A stretch of DNA of 10,917 nt. Source: an uncultured bacterium (GTDB lineage: Bacteria > Abyssobacteria > SURF-5). Location of the stretch: positions 1 through 10,917 of the forward strand of contig CAZEBC010000083.1 of NCBI GenBank assembly GCA_964510165.1, in the 5' to 3' direction. This document shows positions 6,757 to 10,917 of the stretch, piece after piece. Under the pieces are notes generated by a model, which was not told where the DNA came from, did no database searches, and saw nothing but the letters and a program-made list of their open reading frames with translations. Position numbers and translations under genes: made by a program. The number at the start of each line of letters is the position of its first letter. The stretch's first letter is position 1.

Positions 6757-6785
6757 TTGACACACGAATTATTACTCTGTATAAT
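6757..6785 (+). promoter_or_regulatory. Consensus sigma70 promoter
   Basis: TTGACA (6757-6762), 17 nt, TATAAT (6780-6785), then SD GGAGG (6803-6807) and GTG 6814. Confidence 0.88.
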
Positions 6786-6813
6786 ACGCGATTGTAAGTG
6801 ACGGAGGGAGTTT

Positions 6814-8472
6814 GTGTTACGAGAAGCCCGGCGAACGAATCCCAAGACCGCAACTGCTTTTATCGGGTGCGTTCTTATTCTGGCGGCGATTCTTCTGTTT
6901 GAATACGGCGATTCGTTCGATTTTTATTTTGTGGGCGACGATTTCGCTTTCATTGAGCTGGTTTCGCGGGAGAAGGTCAATATCCTGTGGGAGTCTCACA
7001 GCGATTGGCATTACTCTCCGCTTGGGGTGCTCTTGAATGCGTTGCCGGCTGCCTTTGGCGTGTTCGAGCCGGCCTGGTATGTCCTGACGGGATTCTTGCT
7101 GTTTCTCGCGTGCGCGATCATGGTGTTGCTGCTGTACTATGAGATCGAGAAGGATATTGTCGGGGGACTTGCCGCCGCGGTGATCTATGTGACGGCGATA
7201 CCGCAGGCCGAGGTCATTTATTGGAAGACGGGCAATCAGACATCTGCCATGGCGCTGTTCTCGCTGGTGGCGCTGATGCTGTACATGCGCTTCCTGAAGC
7301 ATGGAGCGCGGTGGTCCTTCGCGGGCTGCATCCTCATGTTTGCCGCTTCGATGCTGAGCATCGAGCAAGGAATCGTCACGTTTGGGGTCATCTTCATATA
7401 TGATTTGATGTTCAATGCCGGACCGAAATTCCGGGCGGCGGTAGACGGCGGGGTGCGGAGGCGGATCGGGGTTTCCCTTGTGTTGCGCCTGGTGGCTCTT
7501 TCGGTGGTTCCTATTTCACTTACCGCTCTGAAAATGGGGCTTGGCTTTCAACTTTCTCCCTTGACCTCGCATCCGTGGTGGGCGATCCGGTTCCTCTTCA
7601 AGGATACGGTCGCGCGGCTCGTTGATTTCAATAATATTCTTGCGCCTGCGTTTGGGTCGCGAGATGCGTTTCAACCGGCGGGTCTTCTCATATTCTTCCT
7701 CCTCTTTCTCTGGACCCTGATAAGGAAGAGCGTTCCGGGACTGTTTTTTCTGGTTGTCGGGTCAGGGGCTATTCTCATGATATCCATAGCCGCCGGAGGC
7801 CCCAATTTCAGGTACTTCTGTCTGCCGCTGGCTTTTTTCGCATGTTTTCTTTCCGCGCTGTTCAAGGACATGTCGGGGATCGGCGCGCGCGCCTTGGAGA
7901 GGATTTTCCCGGCGGCTGGGGGTTCGGTCGCTCGTTGGCTTCGCTATATCCTGTTTTCGGGGATGTGCGCCGGGCTTGCGTATGCGGGTTACCGGGGCAT
8001 TATTGAAAGGCGAGCATATTGGGGTTTGGCCTCTTTGATAGAGCGCAACATAGTCCAGGCTGTGGAGAGCCACTTCGTTTCGGGCAGGGTGGGACCGCGC
8101 CAGAAGGTGTATCTCTTGAACATGCCGGAGCATTTCGGGTCCGAGAAGTATCCGATTTTCTATGTCGGGAGCCATTCGCTCATGCCGGATTTGAGGCACA
8201 GGCTGGGCGGTTTGTCGGAACGGGTGGAGTTGATTGCAAGCGGCACTCTGTTCGAGATGACGTTCATGGGCGAGCGGTTCACGTATCGCGCGCTTGGCAG
8301 AGACAGGATGGTGAATCAAGGGGACGTGGAAGAATTGATGGAGGGCGGTCACATCGTTTTGCATTTCTCGCCTGACCTGATGAGCCTGGCGCAGGCCGAA
8401 GTCCGCCCCCAGACAAGAGCGAAAAAGGTTTTGAAGCGCGCGAAGCCGCATGTTATAATAAGTGGCCGGTAG
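6814..8472 (+). CDS. Polytopic membrane protein, probable GT-C superfamily (ArnT/PMT-like) glycosyltransferase
   Basis: TM1 followed by a loop with an acidic pair (YFVGDDF) and HYSPL (YRPL-like), about 10-12 further hydrophobic segments, an RY motif after a late TM and a soluble C-terminal region. Substrate unknown. Confidence 0.65.
   Translation: MLREARRTNPKTATAFIGCVLILAAILLFEYGDSFDFYFVGDDFAFIELVSREKVNILWESHSDWHYSPLGVLLNALPAAFGVFEPAWYVLTGFLLFLACAIMVLLLYYEIEKDIVGGLAAAVIYVTAIPQAEVIYWKTGNQTSAMALFSLVALMLYMRFLKHGARWSFAGCILMFAASMLSIEQGIVTFGVIFIYDLMFNAGPKFRAAVDGGVRRRIGVSLVLRLVALSVVPISLTALKMGLGFQLSPLTSHPWWAIRFLFKDTVARLVDFNNILAPAFGSRDAFQPAGLLIFFLLFLWTLIRKSVPGLFFLVVGSGAILMISIAAGGPNFRYFCLPLAFFACFLSALFKDMSGIGARALERIFPAAGGSVARWLRYILFSGMCAGLAYAGYRGIIERRAYWGLASLIERNIVQAVESHFVSGRVGPRQKVYLLNMPEHFGSEKYPIFYVGSHSLMPDLRHRLGGLSERVELIASGTLFEMTFMGERFTYRALGRDRMVNQGDVEELMEGGHIVLHFSPDLMSLAQAEVRPQTRAKKVLKRAKPHVIISGR
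8431..8459 (+). promoter_or_regulatory. Internal sigma70 promoter for the ArsA-family gene
   Basis: TTGAAG (8431-8436), 17 nt, TATAAT (8454-8459), TG at 8451-8452 (extended -10) and an A/T tract upstream (8422-8430). Lies in the last codons of the upstream CDS. Confidence 0.72.
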
Positions 8473-8506
8473 CCCACGTCTGAGACGAGAGTATGCAGGA
8501 ACGAAT

Positions 8507-9670
8507 ATGAGAATCATTTTGTATACAGGAAAAGGCGGGGTAGGGAAGACGACCATTTCGGCGGCGACCGCCGTTCGCTGCGCGGAGATCGGTTACAAGA
8601 CCATCGTCATGAGCACCGACGCCGCTCATAGCCTCGCCGATTCGCTGGACGTCAAGATTGGGCATAAGCCGAAGAAAGTGGCCGAGAACCTCGTGGCGGA
8701 GGAGATCAATGTCAACGAGGAACTGAAGAAGAACTGGGGCCGAATCCAGAAGTATGTGACGAAGTTTCTCAGGAGCCGGGGCTTCGAGGACCTGATGGCC
8801 GAGGAGTTCGCGGTGTTTCCGGGGATGGAAGAGCTGTTCAGCCTGCTCAAGCTGAAGGAATATGCGGAAAAAGAGCAATATGAGGTGGCCATAATCGACT
8901 GCGCGCCGACGGCGAGCACCGTCCGGATGCTGAGCGTGCCCGACGTTATCCGCTGGTACATGGACCGCTTCTTCGATATCGAGCGGCGCATCGTGAAGAC
9001 GGTGCGTCCGATCGCCGAGCGTATCACCAAGGTGCCGTTTCCGACGGACGAAGTGTATGATTCGGTGGAAGACCTGTTTCACAGAGTCGAGGGCATGAAA
9101 GAGGTGCTGACCGACCCCAAGAAGGCCTCGATCAGGCTGGTGTTCAATCCCGAGAAAATGGTCATCAAGGAGTCTCAGCGGGCATACAGCTATCTGAGCC
9201 TTTTCGGGTTTACCGTTGATGCGGTGATTGCGAATCGGATTTATCCGGACGAGATAGATGACCCGTACTTCGAGCGATGGCGCAAGATACAGCCCAAATA
9301 CCTTGCGGAGGCAAGAACGATCTTTGATCCTCTGCCCATGTTCACGAGCAAGTTGTTCGACCGCGAGATGGTGGGGATCAAGCTTCTCCACGAGATGGCG
9401 GAGAATATTTTTGGAACGGTCGACCCTGCAACCGTGTTTTACAAAGAGCCGCCGATCAAGACCAGGCAGGCCGACGGGCGATACACCATGTCGATTCACC
9501 TGCCCGGAACGGAGAAGCGGGATTTGAACATCTGGGTTGCGGGCGAAGAACTCATCATCGAGGTCGGCAATTATCGTCGCAATATTCTGTTGCCTCGAAG
9601 CCTGGCCAATTCGGAAGTGGTCGAGGCGAAATTCGAAGGGGATTCTCTCAACATCGTGTTCGGGAAATAG
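8507..9670 (+). CDS. ArsA/GET3 (TRC40) family ATPase with C-terminal HSP20/alpha-crystallin-like domain, 387 aa
   Basis: MRIILYTGKGGVGKTT (deviant Walker A), STDAAHSLAD, FPGMEE, IIDCAPT, NPEKMVIKES and VIANR. Beta-rich tail YTMSIHLP...EELIIEVGNYRRNILLP...AKFEGDSLNIVF. Start ATG 8507 with AGGA at 8497-8500. Confidence 0.9.
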   Translation: MRIILYTGKGGVGKTTISAATAVRCAEIGYKTIVMSTDAAHSLADSLDVKIGHKPKKVAENLVAEEINVNEELKKNWGRIQKYVTKFLRSRGFEDLMAEEFAVFPGMEELFSLLKLKEYAEKEQYEVAIIDCAPTASTVRMLSVPDVIRWYMDRFFDIERRIVKTVRPIAERITKVPFPTDEVYDSVEDLFHRVEGMKEVLTDPKKASIRLVFNPEKMVIKESQRAYSYLSLFGFTVDAVIANRIYPDEIDDPYFERWRKIQPKYLAEARTIFDPLPMFTSKLFDREMVGIKLLHEMAENIFGTVDPATVFYKEPPIKTRQADGRYTMSIHLPGTEKRDLNIWVAGEELIIEVGNYRRNILLPRSLANSEVVEAKFEGDSLNIVFGK

Positions 9671-9675
9671 ACCCC

Positions 9676-10017
9676 ATGCTCTCGAAAGCACCGGGCGACA
9701 GTGACGGATTTGTCCACGAGCTTTTGCCTCTCCTGAAGAACGGATTCATGATTCTTCGTTCGATTCTCGACGTGTTGATTGAGAAGTTCGAGGAAGCCGA
9801 GAAGAATCGGCAGGTGGACATCAGGCGGGAGACCTATGAGTCGATTATTGACGCGCTTGAGTCCGAGGTCGAAGGCCTGCGCGGCAAGGAAACCGATTCC
9901 CTGGATCAGGCCAAGGTGGAAGTGATAGAGGCCATCATCTCGGTTCTCCTGAAGGAAATGGAGCAGTTCGAATCGGGCAGGCGCGCCGGTCGCGCGCGGA
10001 AAGTGCACATCAGCTAG
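9676..10017 (+). CDS. Small acidic helical hypothetical protein, probably co-transcribed with the ATPase
   Basis: 113 aa starting 5 nt after the ATPase stop. Amphipathic helical pattern (ILRSILDVLIEKF, YESIIDALESEV, VIEAIISVLLKEM); ends RARKVHIS. Confidence 0.8.
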   Translation: MLSKAPGDSDGFVHELLPLLKNGFMILRSILDVLIEKFEEAEKNRQVDIRRETYESIIDALESEVEGLRGKETDSLDQAKVEVIEAIISVLLKEMEQFESGRRAGRARKVHIS

Positions 10018-10032
10018 GAAGCGGGCCTGCCG

Positions 10033-10917
10033 TCAACCGAACCACACTGATTTCCGTTCCGCCAGCATCTCATCGAGCATTTTCTGAATTCGTTCCCGGA
10101 CGTCTTCTCTTAGCTTGCTGACGAGCACCTCATTGCCGGCATCGGCTTCCGCGTACTTGTCAAACCTGATGGGCTTGCCGAAGCCGATTTTCCATTTGCT
10201 CGGGAGCGGTATCAGCCCCAGCGGCCCCAAGAGCGGCCAGCTCGGAGTGACCGCGAGGTAGGGGATGCCGATCGGCTTGGCCAGTCGTTCCAGCCGCGCG
10301 ATTATCGGATATGTTTCTTCAGCCCCGACCACCGCGACCGGGACAAGAGGGGCCTTGGTGCGAATGCACAACTTTATGAAGCCACCCCGTCCGAATCTTT
10401 GCAGCCGGTACCGTTCCTTGAACGGTTTGCCCGTTCCCTTGTTGCCTTCGGGGAAGACACAGACCAGGTTGTCCTTGGCGAGCAGGCGTTCGGCGTTTTC
10501 CTGCGAAGCCCTGACTGCGCCTATCCGGGTGAGGATGGGCGAGAGGAACGGCATTGTGATGAAAGTATCCTCGATGAGGAAACGCACCTCCCGCTCGAGC
10601 TGGCTCTCGAGTCGAACGGCCTCGCTGATCATCAGCCCGTCAAAGGGGAGCATGCCGGAATGATTCGCGACGAGCAACGCTTTCCCCTTGTCGGGCACGT
10701 TCTTGATGCCGGAGACCTGCACGCGCCAGTATTTCTGATACAGCCACTCCATCAGAGGTTCAAGCTTGGCTGAATAGATGGGGTCCTTGCCGAACTCATC
10801 GACATGCTCGGACCGGTTTCGCAACTGGAACGATCCCCAAAGCTTGCCCATTCTGGAGACCAGAGGCACACGGAAGATTCGACTCAACAGGCGTGTTTCA
10901 CCCCTGGTCCCGGTTTC
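10033..10917 (-). CDS. Lysophospholipid acyltransferase family protein (LPLAT, MGAT-like), 5' end probably outside the window
   Basis: VDEFGKDP, ALLVANHSGMLPFD, VFPEG, RYRLQRFGRGGF and LVPVAVVGAEE. The frame stays open from 10887 to the window edge (ETGTRGETRL), so the start is uncertain. Confidence 0.88.
   Translation of the reverse strand, partial: ETGTRGETRLLSRIFRVPLVSRMGKLWGSFQLRNRSEHVDEFGKDPIYSAKLEPLMEWLYQKYWRVQVSGIKNVPDKGKALLVANHSGMLPFDGLMISEAVRLESQLEREVRFLIEDTFITMPFLSPILTRIGAVRASQENAERLLAKDNLVCVFPEGNKGTGKPFKERYRLQRFGRGGFIKLCIRTKAPLVPVAVVGAEETYPIIARLERLAKPIGIPYLAVTPSWPLLGPLGLIPLPSKWKIGFGKPIRFDKYAEADAGNEVLVSKLREDVRERIQKMLDEMLAERKSVWFG

Noticed and set aside
8462-8506. GTG 8462 start for the ATPase
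   Set aside because: It lies at or upstream of the predicted TSS. ATG 8507 gives the canonical MRIILYTGKGG start and has an SD.
8507-9670. Calling the ATPase arsA (arsenite efflux)
   Set aside because: Single ATPase domain with an HSP20-like tail and no arsB, acr3, arsC, arsD or arsR in the window.
8453-9691. 412-aa antisense ORF over the ATPase, and similar antisense ORFs at 4097-4969, 3318-3971, 7762-8556, 4750-5376 and 2252-2809
   Set aside because: Shadow ORFs mirroring real genes in GC-rich DNA, with no recognisable motifs.

Overview
Bacterial chromosomal window, mostly GC-rich. A + strand cofactor/amino-acid cluster follows a sigma70-type promoter at 19-48: FAH-family hydrolase, LL-DAP-type aminotransferase, folB, folK, panB, panC, panD and a small Rieske ferredoxin. 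A convergent - strand pair follows, made of a six-helix half-size MFS protein and a 54-aa CxxCxC protein that the ORF track missed. The rest is a GT-C-like membrane protein behind a perfect TTGACA-17-TATAAT promoter, an ArsA/GET3-family ATPase with an HSP20-like tail plus a small helical neighbour, and a convergent LPLAT acyltransferase cut off by the window edge. Main observations: (1) a pan-motif-like hairpin with two bulged A's, wired to a terminator/antiterminator switch before panB; (2) a second hairpin of the same geometry but unrelated sequence before panD; (3) the half-MFS plus Cys-microprotein module; (4) an IxI-like tail on the ATPase's neighbour that could dock on the ATPase's alpha-crystallin domain. 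All base pairings were read by eye; no folding program or database search was run.
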